Assembly (NCBI GenBank): GCA_036386335.1
Contig: DASVVY010000021.1
Location: forward strand, 738-64,737
Length of the DNA: 64,000 bases
Source: Allosphingosinicella sp.
Lineage (GTDB): Bacteria > Pseudomonadota > Alphaproteobacteria > Sphingomonadales > Sphingomonadaceae
Direction: 5' to 3'
The position numbers and the translations under genes were made by a program. Under the pieces are notes generated by a model, which had not been told where the DNA came from, ran no database searches, and was given only the letters and a program-made list of their open reading frames with translations. Each line of letters starts with the position of its first letter. The first letter of the stretch is position 1. Below are positions 48,453-57,604 of this stretch, one piece after another.

Positions 48453-48617
48453 GGGCTGGGCCGCGGCTGCGTGCCCCTGCCCCCGATGCGCCCCGGCCAT
48501 GGGGAGAGCCGGGGCGCGCGGCGGCGTTGAACTCGTACGCCGGCCGCAGATCGGACGCGCGGCCGCGGAGGGCGGGGCATGTTTGCCTCCGCCGCCCGGG
48601 GACCGACGCAGCCGATT

Positions 48618-49163
48618 TCAGAAGATGAAGTCGGCGTAGCTGAGCTGCGCGGCGCCGACCCCGCTGACGATGAGGTGGCCGGCGTCCCAGGTGACGACGG
48701 CATTGCCGTTCGCGTCGTTGCCGATGTGGAGGTCGCGGAAGGTCTCGCCGCCGTCGATCTTGATCCGGTCGACGCCGTCCTGGAAGTCGGTGATGACGTC
48801 GCGGCCGTTATTCCCTTCCTCGAACTCGAAGATGTCCGCGCCGGCGCCGCCGGTCAGACGGTCGTTGCCGGTGCCGCCTTCCAGCGTGTCCCGGCCGGCG
48901 CCGCCGTTCAGGACGTCGTCTCCCGAATCGCCTTCGAGCTCGTCGTTGCCGGCCTCGCCGTAGAGCCGGTCATTGCCTTCCTCGCCGCGCAGCCGGTCTT
49001 GGCCGTCGCCGCCGTAGAGGATGTCCGCGCCCCAGCCGCCGCGCAGCTCGTCATTGCCGCCGAGGCCGTAGAGCGTGTCGTTGCCGCCGCGCCCCTCGAT
49101 CCGATCGTCGTAAGCCGTGCCCCGGATCACGTCGTTCGCCGAACTGCCTTCAAACCGCGCCAT
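48618..49163 (-). CDS. Small RTX/hemolysin-type calcium-binding protein
   Basis: Eight or more GGXGXD repeats; D.ITDFQDG.D.I. Confidence 0.88.
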   Translation of the reverse strand: MARFEGSSANDVIRGTAYDDRIEGRGGNDTLYGLGGNDELRGGWGADILYGGDGQDRLRGEEGNDRLYGEAGNDELEGDSGDDVLNGGAGRDTLEGGTGNDRLTGGAGADIFEFEEGNNGRDVITDFQDGVDRIKIDGGETFRDLHIGNDANGNAVVTWDAGHLIVSGVGAAQLSYADFIF

Positions 49164-49217
49164 TTTCGTCTCCCTGAGTTTGCGGTGGAACAACAGGACT
49201 ACGGATCGGCGGGAGGC

Positions 49218-49880
49218 TTATTCCCGGGCCGGCGAAATTTTCTTCGCGCGGGGCTGGAGCGACGATTTGGCGGCGACGCTGAGGGCGCGGAGGCGCGGCA
49301 GGGTGGCGGAGCCGGCGGGAAGGGCCGCGAACAGGGTGAGCTCGCGGATGCTGCCGTTCGAATAGAGGGTGGAGCGGCGGCGGACATAATGGCCGACTTC
49401 GGGGGACCAGTCCCACTCGATCCGTTCGGCAAGCCGCATCGAGGAGGAGGAATAGCGCTCGCAGCGGATCGGCAGCGCGCGGAAGGTGCCGGCCGGGACG
49501 GCGGTCTGCGTCTCCCGACCGACGCCGCATTTCCAGAAGGCCACCGAGCGGCGGCTGCCCTTGCCCTGGCGGATTTGGGTGACGACCCGGAAGCGGGCGG
49601 AGCTTCCGGGTCTCAGCGGCCACAACCGCTCGGCGCCGGCGGACACCTGCCGCTCGCCCTCCGCACCCGAGAGGGACCAGGCGAGGACCGGGACGACCGG
49701 GTTGCGCGAGCGGGCGTAGGTGCGGCTGCCGAGGCCGGACCAGGTGACGCGGTCGCCCTCGACGCGGCGGACTCGTTCGACGCGGCCGTCGGAGAAGACG
49801 AAGGCGTCGCCCGGCCGGTAGTCGGGAAGCGGGGATGCGGGCGCCGCGGTCGCCGCGGCGGCGACCAGCGCCGCGATCAC
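49218..49880 (-). CDS. Secreted hypothetical protein, coupled to subtilase
   Basis: Overlapping stop/start with S8 gene; beta-rich sequence. Confidence 0.6.
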   Translation of the reverse strand: MIAALVAAAATAAPASPLPDYRPGDAFVFSDGRVERVRRVEGDRVTWSGLGSRTYARSRNPVVPVLAWSLSGAEGERQVSAGAERLWPLRPGSSARFRVVTQIRQGKGSRRSVAFWKCGVGRETQTAVPAGTFRALPIRCERYSSSSMRLAERIEWDWSPEVGHYVRRRSTLYSNGSIRELTLFAALPAGSATLPRLRALSVAAKSSLQPRAKKISPARE

Positions 49881-51682
49881 GACCCCGGCCCGACCAGGCC
49901 GTAGCCGTAGACGGGATCGCGGCCGGGCGCGCCGAGGTCGCGCGCGCTCTTCACCGCTTGGTCGATCGCCCGCCGCCGCTGCGCGGGGTCGGGCGCGGCC
50001 AGCGACCTGGCGATGCGGGCGGCCACCACCGGCGCCGCGAAGGACGTTCCGCTGACGGTGCGCGCCGCGCCGCGCGCGTCCGCGGCGATGACCCCGACTC
50101 CGGGAGCGGCGAGCATGGTGTGCGGGCCGCGCCCGGCCCGCCGATAGACGGCACCACGCGAGTCGACGGCGGTGACGGCGACCACCTCCGGATAGGCCGC
50201 GGGGTAGAGCGGCGGAGCGGCCGGACCGTCATTGCCGACTGCGGCGACGATGACGTGGCCGCGCGCCTCAAGGATCCTGATCATGCGGTGGACGATCGGG
50301 TTGGCTGGCCCCGCGAGGCTGATGTTGATCACCGGCACCTTCTTGGCGGCCATCCAGTCGAGACCGCGGATGAGCGCGGCGGCGGACGCCTGGCGGCCGC
50401 CGAAGATGTCGGCGGAGTAGATTTTCGAGACGCCCTCGCCGCCCATCAGCGCGGCGACCGCGGAACCGTGGTCGCTCGCGCCGCCGGGCCGCGCGACGAA
50501 GCTCGCGGCCTCGAGCGCGACGCCGGGCGGAAGCGCCGCCGGGGAGACGCCGCCGTCGATCACGCCGACCGCGCCGCGGCGGGCGGGCGCGGGCCGCTGC
50601 GGCCGCGCAGCCGGAGCCTTGCCGACGCGGCCGGCGGCGAAGAAATGGTTGAGCGCGAAGACCGCGCCCGAGCGCGCCTGGACCAATCGGCCGAGCGCCG
50701 CCTCGGCACTGCCCGCCTCGGGAAGCGCGATCCTCAGCAATTCGAGCCCGGTGCCGGGGAGCGTCTCGCTCGACGAGACGGTGAAGCCGAGCGCCTCCAG
50801 CGTCTCCCGGTCGGCCGGATCGGAGGAGAGGGCGAGGACCTCCTCCGCCGCGGCCGGGAAGCCCTCTTTGTCATATTCGACCGGAACCGGGAGCTCCCCC
50901 GCACCTGCGGCCACGCCGTCGTCGTCGCCGCGCGAGCCGCCGCGGCCGCTGCCCTCGCCGGGCCCGCTCCGGTCGCCGCCGAAACCGGAGCTACCGGAGC
51001 CGTTGCGGTCGTCGCCGCCGGAGCTGCCGCTGCCTGGGCCGCTCGAGCCGCCATCGTCGCCGCCGCCGCCGGAGCCGGAGCGGTCGTCGTCACCGTCGTC
51101 ACCCCCGCCCCCGCCCGGGCCGGAGCTGTCCGAGCCCCCGGCGTCCTTCGCGGCATCCTCGGCGGCGTCCGCGGCATCGTCGGCGGCGTCTTCGGCCGCT
51201 TCGGCAGCCTCCTTCGCGGCGTCTTCGGCGTCATCCGCCGCATCGTCTCCGTCCGAGCCGGAGCCCGAATTGGAACCGTCGTCGACCTCGTCGCCGCCGC
51301 CGGGGGCGGAGCTCCCGGAGTCGCCGCCGTCATCTGCGCCGGACCCGCCACCCCCGTCGTCGCCGCCATCCGAGCCCGATCCGTTGGAGTCACCGTCGTC
51401 AGAGCCGCCGTCGGAGCCGGATCCGCTGGAATCCACATCGTCGGAGCCGCCGTCCGAGCCCGGCCCGCTGGACCCGTCGTCATCGCCGTAGTTGCCGCCG
51501 GAGCCGGATCCACTGGAATCGCCATCGTCCTCGTGGCCGCCGGAGCCCGATCCGCTGGAATCGCCGTCGTCGGAGCCGGAGCCGCCCGAGCCGCCGCCGT
51601 CCTGCGCAGCGAGCGGCGCGGCCGCCGCGCCGAACAGGATCAGGGCAAGCGCCGTGGCGATCAGCTTCCTGCTCGTGCGCAT
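49877..51682 (-). CDS. S8 subtilase with long Gly/Ser/Asp low-complexity N-terminal region
   Basis: Signal peptide; triad VIDGG, HGSAVA, GTSFAAP; INISLAGP, AAVGN, YPAAYP. Confidence 0.9.
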   Translation of the reverse strand: MRTSRKLIATALALILFGAAAAPLAAQDGGGSGGSGSDDGDSSGSGSGGHEDDGDSSGSGSGGNYGDDDGSSGPGSDGGSDDVDSSGSGSDGGSDDGDSNGSGSDGGDDGGGGSGADDGGDSGSSAPGGGDEVDDGSNSGSGSDGDDAADDAEDAAKEAAEAAEDAADDAADAAEDAAKDAGGSDSSGPGGGGGDDGDDDRSGSGGGGDDGGSSGPGSGSSGGDDRNGSGSSGFGGDRSGPGEGSGRGGSRGDDDGVAAGAGELPVPVEYDKEGFPAAAEEVLALSSDPADRETLEALGFTVSSSETLPGTGLELLRIALPEAGSAEAALGRLVQARSGAVFALNHFFAAGRVGKAPAARPQRPAPARRGAVGVIDGGVSPAALPPGVALEAASFVARPGGASDHGSAVAALMGGEGVSKIYSADIFGGRQASAAALIRGLDWMAAKKVPVINISLAGPANPIVHRMIRILEARGHVIVAAVGNDGPAAPPLYPAAYPEVVAVTAVDSRGAVYRRAGRGPHTMLAAPGVGVIAADARGAARTVSGTSFAAPVVAARIARSLAAPDPAQRRRAIDQAVKSARDLGAPGRDPVYGYGLVGPGS

Positions 51683-51743
51683 CGCGACTAAACCACTCCC
51701 TCCGCTGGATAAATTAGCACGGAACCCGGCCAGGTGCCAAGAA

Positions 51744-51768
51744 AACGGAGCGCCGGCGGGATTATTCC
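51744..51768 (-). promoter_or_regulatory. ECF promoter GGAATAA-N14-CGTT toward subtilase
   Basis: Reverse-strand twin of the 51776-51800 motif. Confidence 0.75.
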
Positions 51769-51775
51769 AGCAGGC

Positions 51776-51800
51776 GGAATAAAGTGGCGGGGCCGCCGTT
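51776..51800 (+). promoter_or_regulatory. ECF promoter GGAATAA-N14-CGTT toward sigma gene
   Basis: Direct sequence; 19 nt upstream of the sigma ATG. Confidence 0.75.
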
Positions 51801-51819
51801 GTCGTTGCACGATGGCCTG

Positions 51820-52329
51820 ATGAGGGACGTTTCGGAACTGACCCCGCCTCTCCGGCAGGAGCTGATCGCGCTCCTGCCCCGCCTGCGCCGCTTCGCGCGG
51901 TCGCTGGCGGGCGGAGACGCCGAGGCGGGAGACGACCTCGCCCAGGCCGCCATCGAACGGGCGCTGGCGAACATCGCCCGGTTCGAACAGGGAACGAGGC
52001 TCGACAGCTGGATGTACAAGATCGCGCAGAACCTCTGGATCGACTCGCGGCGGGCCCAGCGCAGCCGCGGCGTCGCGGTGCCGGAGACGGCGCTGGAGGG
52101 CGTCGTGGGCACCGACGGGCGGCGGGTGGCGGAGGCCAGCCTGACGCTCGCCGCGACGCGGCGCGCGATCGAGGCGCTTCCCGACGACCAGCGCTCGGCG
52201 GTGATGCTCGTCCTCGTCGACGGCCTTTCCTACAAGGACGCGGCCGAAGCCCTCTCGGTGCCGGTCGGCACCGTGATGAGCCGAATCCACCGGGCGCGAA
52301 CGGCGCTGGAAGCGAGGGTGTTCGGATGA
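51820..52329 (+). CDS. ECF RNA polymerase sigma factor
   Basis: LPRLRRFARSL, DDLAQ, SWMYKIAQN, GLSYKDAAE, GTVMSRIHRAR. Confidence 0.93.
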   Translation: MRDVSELTPPLRQELIALLPRLRRFARSLAGGDAEAGDDLAQAAIERALANIARFEQGTRLDSWMYKIAQNLWIDSRRAQRSRGVAVPETALEGVVGTDGRRVAEASLTLAATRRAIEALPDDQRSAVMLVLVDGLSYKDAAEALSVPVGTVMSRIHRARTALEARVFG

Positions 52330-53066
52330 CGATCGACGATCAGACCCTGTTCGCCTGGATCGACGGGATGCTGCCGGCGGAGGAGCAGGCGCGGATCGCA
52401 CGGCTGGTCGCCGAGGACCCGGCACTGGCCGAGCGGGTGGACCGCCAGGAGGCGCTCGCCGCCGCCGCCCGCGAGAGCTTTCGCGCCGACCTCGATGAGC
52501 CGGTTCCCGACGCCTGGATCGCGCGCATCGACGCCGCTCTGCCCGCAGCGGGCGGCGGCAGGGTTGAAAGCCTCGCCGCGGCGCGCGAGCGGCGGCGGCT
52601 GCGCTGGACCGGCTGGCACGCCGGAGCCGCGGCCGCGGCGGCCCTCGTCGCCGGCCTGCTGCTCGGCAGGACGACGGCGGGCGGCGGCGAGCTGGTCGGC
52701 GAGCGCGGCGGCGTGCTGGTCGCGGCCGCTCCGGTCGCGAAGGCGCTCGACGGCGCGCGCAGCGGCCTTCCCGTGCCGCTCGCCGGCGGGCGCTCACTCG
52801 AGATCCGCCTCAGCCTCAGGAGCGCTGCGGGGGATTATTGCCGCGAGGCGTTGGTCTCCGGAGCCGGCGGGGGCGACCATCTCCTCGCCTGCCGGGGCAA
52901 GCAGGGGTGGCGGATCGCCGGCCTCGCCCACGGTGCGGCCGCGCGCGGCGGCTACGAGGCGGTGGGCGGCGACAGCCCCCTCGATCCGCTCCTCGACGGC
53001 ATCGGCGGCGAGCCGCTCGACGCGGCGGCGGAGCAGGCGGCGATCGCCGCCGGCTGGAAACGCTAG
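52326..53066 (+). CDS. Membrane anti-sigma factor
   Basis: LFAWIDGML...RIA N-terminus, single TM, periplasmic domain with Cys pair; ATGA overlap. Confidence 0.85.
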   Translation: MTIDDQTLFAWIDGMLPAEEQARIARLVAEDPALAERVDRQEALAAAARESFRADLDEPVPDAWIARIDAALPAAGGGRVESLAAARERRRLRWTGWHAGAAAAAALVAGLLLGRTTAGGGELVGERGGVLVAAAPVAKALDGARSGLPVPLAGGRSLEIRLSLRSAAGDYCREALVSGAGGGDHLLACRGKQGWRIAGLAHGAAARGGYEAVGGDSPLDPLLDGIGGEPLDAAAEQAAIAAGWKR

Positions 53067-54079
53067 ATCCGGAACTCGACGCCGCCGACCAGGACCACGC
53101 CGGATTGCGGCTCGGCCGGCTCGAAATCGTGCCGCATGGCGACGACGTCCGCGGTGAGCACCACGTGCCGCCCGATATTGTAGCTGCCGCCGAGGCCGAC
53201 CAGGTCGTAGTCGAAGCCGCGCGCGCTGGTGCGCGAGGCGGAGAGAGCCAGCCCCCATTTCTCCTCGCGCCACGCAACGCCCGCATTGACCTCGGACTGG
53301 TCGAAGCCGTCGCGGAACAGGGCGCTGTCGCCGCGCTCGACAAAGGCGCCGCCGATGGTGAGCTTGCCGCGGCGCGCCTGCGCGCCGAGGCTCCAGCTGT
53401 CGATATCGGCGAGGCCGGGCCGCTCGGCGCCGCCGTGGACATAGGCCGCGCTCCCGCCCAGCACCCATTCGCCGACGGGTCGCTCATATTGGGCGCCGAG
53501 CTCGAAGCCGTTGCGGTGGACGGCGTTGCCCCGGTCCACCTCCGGCGCCCAGGAGACGCCCAGCCGCAGCCCCCCGAGCGGCGGCGAGAAATAGGCCAGC
53601 TTGAACGACTGGCGCGTGTCGGTCGGCCAGAGCAGGGCGGGCGGGCCGGAATAGCGGGCGAAGTCGCCGCGTATCTGGCCCGATCCGAGGACGGGCGCGT
53701 AGAAGCTCATGCGGCGGGCCGGCCCGCTGGTCAGCCCGACCTCGGCGCGCCCCCACTCGCTCGCGACATAGCCGTAGAGGCGGTCGTTCTTCAGCGTGTC
53801 CGGGCGGTTGTCGGCCGTGTCGCCGGAGGCGTAGGCGCCGACGATCACGCCACTCTTCGAAGTCCATTCGACGTTGAGCGACCCGAAGGCGTCGACATCT
53901 CCCTCCTCCTCGAACCCGAGATCGAGCTCCGGATCGTCTACCAGCGCGCCGGTGAGCGAGACGTTCGCGTTTGCGACCAGGACGAACTCGCCCCGCTCGT
54001 AGCGCAATTCGGCCATGGCCGGCGCGGGGACGCAGAGCGCGGCCAGCGCGAGACCTCCAAGCCATTGGATTTTATGCAT
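53063..54079 (-). CDS. Outer-membrane porin
   Basis: Signal peptide ending AMA; amphipathic beta strands; C-terminal VEFRI. Confidence 0.75.
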   Translation of the reverse strand: MHKIQWLGGLALAALCVPAPAMAELRYERGEFVLVANANVSLTGALVDDPELDLGFEEEGDVDAFGSLNVEWTSKSGVIVGAYASGDTADNRPDTLKNDRLYGYVASEWGRAEVGLTSGPARRMSFYAPVLGSGQIRGDFARYSGPPALLWPTDTRQSFKLAYFSPPLGGLRLGVSWAPEVDRGNAVHRNGFELGAQYERPVGEWVLGGSAAYVHGGAERPGLADIDSWSLGAQARRGKLTIGGAFVERGDSALFRDGFDQSEVNAGVAWREEKWGLALSASRTSARGFDYDLVGLGGSYNIGRHVVLTADVVAMRHDFEPAEPQSGVVLVGGVEFRI

Positions 54080-54189
54080 TCCCTCAGCCCCCCGGGCCAA
54101 GACGTGCCAGAGCCGCGGAACAGTTGCAAGGCGTTCGCGCGGCAAACCGGCGGCTGCGTCGCCGACGCCGGCGCCGCCCTCGACGTGCC

Positions 54190-54223
54190 GGATTGCTTCG
54201 TGGCCGCGCTCCTCCCAATGACG
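54190..54223. repeat. Degenerate REP-like element
   Basis: GGATTGCTTCGTGGCCGCGCTCCTCCCAATGACG resembles the GGATTGCTTCG...CGCAATGACG family (recalled). Confidence 0.45.
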
Positions 54224-54229
54224 ACGACC

Positions 54230-54679
54230 ATGCGTATCGCCCTTTACCAGCCCGATCAGGCGGGGAATGTCGGGACGGTGATCCGGCTCGCCGCCTGCAT
54301 GGGCGTGCCCTTGGACGTGATCGAGCCGTGCGGCTTTCCTTTCTCGGACCGGGCCCTGAAGCGGGCGGGGATGGATTATGCGGAGATGGCCGCCGTCACC
54401 CGGCACGCCGGATGGAGCGCGTTCGAGGCGGGGATGGCGGGGCGGCTGGTCTTGTTCACGACCGCGGGCGCGGTGCGGCTGCCCGACGCGCGGTTCGGAG
54501 CCGGGGATGTCCTCCTGTTCGGCTCAGAGAGCCGCGGGGTGCCGGAAGAGGTGCATGCGCGGGCGGCGCTCAGGGTGCGCATCCCGCAGGTAGAGGGCAC
54601 GCGCTCGCTGAACCTGGCCGTGGCGGCGGGCATCGGCCTGGCGGAGGCGCTGCGGCAGAAGGGCGCGTGGCCCTCCTGA
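54230..54679 (+). CDS. trmL: tRNA (cytidine/uridine34-2'-O)-methyltransferase
   Basis: MRIALYQP...GNVG, IEPCGF, LKRAGMDY, FGSESRG, RSLNLA. Confidence 0.93.
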   Translation: MRIALYQPDQAGNVGTVIRLAACMGVPLDVIEPCGFPFSDRALKRAGMDYAEMAAVTRHAGWSAFEAGMAGRLVLFTTAGAVRLPDARFGAGDVLLFGSESRGVPEEVHARAALRVRIPQVEGTRSLNLAVAAGIGLAEALRQKGAWPS

Positions 54680-54869
54680 GAACCGGGAAAGGGGCGTAGC
54701 GATCTGCCGCTCTCGTCCTTGCGGCTGCCCCGGCCGCCGCGATACGGCTTCGACGCTCGCGCTTCTCGAAGAGGTTTTCAGCGGCGGCACCTGAGCGGCC
54801 GCCCGCCACTGGGCAATGCTCGCCGGCTGTGCCATCATCCGAACTCGTGATGGTGTGGAGGAGGTCGCT

Positions 54870-55385
54870 GTGTTTCTGGCGCTTGGTGCCGCCGTCGCCC
54901 TGTCCCTCCCGGCCGGGCAGATGCCGCCGTCATTCCCGTATGACTGCCGGAGCGGCCGCTCGGGCCTGTGGGTGAATGTCGGGGAGGCGCGCGCCGCCTA
55001 CGGTCGTCGCTCCGTCGAAGTCATCGAGGCCGCGCTGGCGGGGGACGCAAGCCGCCTCGCTGCCATCGTCGATCCGCGCACGCAGTTCAGCTATGTGCGG
55101 GGAGACGCCGGCTTCAGCACGATCAAGCGGGGCGCCGAGGCGGCGATCGAATTCGTGAGCCATGCCCGGCCCGTCGCCTACGAGTTCGCCACCGAATTCC
55201 CCGGACCGATTTCCCGCGAGCCCTGCGGCCCCGCGACCGCGCGGCTGCTGGTCAAGAGCGCCGGCGACGGGAGGGCCTACGACCTCACCTTCCGCTATGT
55301 GGACGGCATCCTCATGGAAGTGACCGGTGCCGAGGTGATCCTCTCTGAAGGCCGCTTTGGAGGCGGCACTGAGCCGCCCCGCTAG
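54870..55385 (+). CDS. Secreted hypothetical protein
   Basis: GGAGGAGG RBS, GTG start, signal-like N-terminus. Confidence 0.5.
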   Translation: MFLALGAAVALSLPAGQMPPSFPYDCRSGRSGLWVNVGEARAAYGRRSVEVIEAALAGDASRLAAIVDPRTQFSYVRGDAGFSTIKRGAEAAIEFVSHARPVAYEFATEFPGPISREPCGPATARLLVKSAGDGRAYDLTFRYVDGILMEVTGAEVILSEGRFGGGTEPPR

Positions 55386-55527
55386 ATCGCGATCGGGTGC
55401 GGCGGCGGCGCTTCCGTGCCCAGGGACGAGGTTTGGACCGGCTGGGCACGCGTGAACCGGTGCCCTTGCGAAGGAGCGCCCGATCCGCCACGGTCCCGCC
55501 ACGCCAAGCGGACAAGCGGGACCGGCA

Positions 55528-55791
55528 ATGCATTTCTTCGTGTTCATCGGCTGCGCGCCGGGCAAGACCTCGATCGTCGGCCAGTCGATCGCGGCCAAGG
55601 AGATGGCGCAGGTCCTCGAAATCTACTCGGTGAGCGGCGACTGGGACCTGATGGTGCGGGTGAAGTTCGGCGGCCAGGATTTCGAGACCAATGTCATCGA
55701 GACGATGCTCGACGGGCAGTGGGACAATGTCCAGAAGACGCACACCGTGATCGGCTACCGCGTCTACAGCCCCAACGACGCGTCGTTCTAA
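55528..55791 (+). CDS. Stand-alone Lrp/AsnC ligand-binding (RAM) domain
   Basis: EIYSVSGDWDLMVRV...V.KTHTVI; no HTH. Confidence 0.8.
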   Translation: MHFFVFIGCAPGKTSIVGQSIAAKEMAQVLEIYSVSGDWDLMVRVKFGGQDFETNVIETMLDGQWDNVQKTHTVIGYRVYSPNDASF

Positions 55792-55838
55792 GCGGCGAAC
55801 CTTGCATGTCGCAGCGGGTCGCGCCATCCGCTCGGCGC

Positions 55839-56693
55839 ATGATCCACCTCGACGAAGAACAGCAGCGCGCGCGGGAATGGTTCGAGGCGCTGCGCGACCG
55901 CATCTGCACCGAATTCGAAGCCATCGAGCGCGAGGCCGGATCGGACGCCGCCTTCGCCTACACCGCCTGGGACCGCACCGACCCCGGCGGCGAGCCGGGC
56001 GGCGGCGGCGTCCGCGGGCTGATGAAGGGCAAGGTGTTCGAGAAGGTCGGAGTCAACGTCTCCACCGTCGGCGGCACGTTCAGCCAGGACTTCGCGGCGA
56101 GCATCCACGGCGCCGGCGAGGACCCGCGCTTCTTCGCCACCGGCATCAGCCTCGTCGCCCACATGGCGAACCCGCACGTACCGGCCGTGCATATGAACAC
56201 GCGGTTCCTGGCGACGACGAAGCGCTGGTTCGGCGGCGGCGCCGACCTCAATCCGCCGATCCCCTACGAGGAGGACACGGCCGACTTCCACGCCCGCCTG
56301 CGCGCCGCCTGCGCCGCCCACGACCAGACCTTCTACGACCGCTTCTCTAAATGGGCGGAGGACTATTTCTGGATTCCCCACCGCGGCGTCCACCGCGGCG
56401 TCGGGGGCATCTTCTTCGACCATCTCGAATGCACGCCGGGCGCCTCGTTCGACGCGACCTTCGCCTTCACCCGCGAGGTCGGCGAGGCCTTCCTCGACGT
56501 CTTCCCCCGCCTCGTCCGCCGCCGCATGGCGAGCCCCTTCAGCGACGCCGACAAGGCCCGCCAGCTCGAATGGCGGGGCCGCTACGCCGAGTTCAACCTC
56601 CTCTACGACCGCGGCACCCTGTTCGGCCTCAGGACCGGCGGCAATGTCGACGCCATCCTGATGAGCCTGCCGCCGGTCGCGACCTGGGAGTGA
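55839..56693 (+). CDS. hemF: Oxygen-dependent coproporphyrinogen III oxidase
   Basis: FEKVGVNVS, NPHVPAVHMNTR, WFGGGADL, RGVGGIFFD, RYAEFNLLYDRGTLFGL. Confidence 0.96.
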   Translation: MIHLDEEQQRAREWFEALRDRICTEFEAIEREAGSDAAFAYTAWDRTDPGGEPGGGGVRGLMKGKVFEKVGVNVSTVGGTFSQDFAASIHGAGEDPRFFATGISLVAHMANPHVPAVHMNTRFLATTKRWFGGGADLNPPIPYEEDTADFHARLRAACAAHDQTFYDRFSKWAEDYFWIPHRGVHRGVGGIFFDHLECTPGASFDATFAFTREVGEAFLDVFPRLVRRRMASPFSDADKARQLEWRGRYAEFNLLYDRGTLFGLRTGGNVDAILMSLPPVATWE

Positions 56694-56728
56694 GCCGGCT
56701 TCGGACCGGACGCTCCGCCGGCCGCGCC

Positions 56729-57532
56729 CTACACCTCGTCAAGCGGCTCCGGCGGCGGATCGGCCGAGCGCAGCCCCAGCGCCCGCAGCCTCTTGTCCAG
56801 CGCGACGATCGCCTCGTCGAACGTCCAGGCCCGCTCCGCCGACGGCTGCACCGTCCGCCGCCCCGGCGGGCCATGCCTGCGGTCCCACCGCGCCAGCAGC
56901 TTCATCACCCGCTCGAACTCGGCGGCGACGTCGCCCGCCGGCAGCGGCGCCGTGCCCGCGTCGGCGGCGTCCATCGCCGCCCGCAGCCTCTTCTGCGCCT
57001 CGAGCCGCTGGCGCAGCGCCTCGGCCTCGAGCCGGAGATAGCCCTGCGCGAGCGCCGCCTGATATTCCTCGGCGAATTGCGGGTCCGCGCGCAGATGGTT
57101 GTAGACCGTCCGCTCGCACACGCCCGCTTCCGCCGCCGCCGCGAGCGCGTCGCAGCTCCATCGAAAATGGGAGAGGAACAGCGCGCGCCGCTTCTCGTCG
57201 AACCGCACGTGGCGCAGCTTGCGCCGCTGCAGCAGGCGGCGGTTGTTGGGGACGATCCGCTCCTCCCCTTCTCCCCCGCCCGCCGCGGGCTCCGCGTCGC
57301 CGTTGCGGGCGAGGCGCCGCTCCGCCTCGGCCGCCGCCGCATGCGCGGCGCGCCAGCCCGCGTCGAACAGCTTGTCGCGCCGACGCGCCGCGTAGAAGGC
57401 CTGCGTGGTCACGCCGAAGGCGTCGGCGACCTCCTCCAGCCGCCGCCCCTCGCGAAACGCGGCCAGCACCGCCACCTTCGCCGCGGCGTCCACCCGCACG
57501 CGCCGCCCCCGCCCGTTCCCGCTCCCGCCCAT
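56729..57532 (-). CDS. Tandem-HTH protein resembling terminase small subunits
   Basis: Two HTH-like units: LEEVADAFGVTTQAFYAARRRDKLF..GW and AAAAEAGVCERTVYNHLRADPQFAEEY. Confidence 0.65.
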   Translation of the reverse strand: MGGSGNGRGRRVRVDAAAKVAVLAAFREGRRLEEVADAFGVTTQAFYAARRRDKLFDAGWRAAHAAAAEAERRLARNGDAEPAAGGGEGEERIVPNNRRLLQRRKLRHVRFDEKRRALFLSHFRWSCDALAAAAEAGVCERTVYNHLRADPQFAEEYQAALAQGYLRLEAEALRQRLEAQKRLRAAMDAADAGTAPLPAGDVAAEFERVMKLLARWDRRHGPPGRRTVQPSAERAWTFDEAIVALDKRLRALGLRSADPPPEPLDEV

Positions 57533-57542
57533 GACCCGAGCA

Positions 57543-57557
57543 GAACACATCAGGAAC
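57543..57557 (-). promoter_or_regulatory. LexA box GTTC-N7-GTTC
   Basis: GAACACATCAGGAAC on +; 11-25 nt upstream of ATG 57532. Confidence 0.8.
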
Positions 57558-57604
57558 GATCTGTCAAGGATTTTTCCTAGCTGGTCATGGATCTCGCCGA
57601 ATCG

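Noticed and set aside
19532-57557. Prophage implied by two terminase-small-subunit-like genes
   Set aside because: No large terminase, portal, capsid or integrase; the two genes are about 37 kb apart among housekeeping genes.
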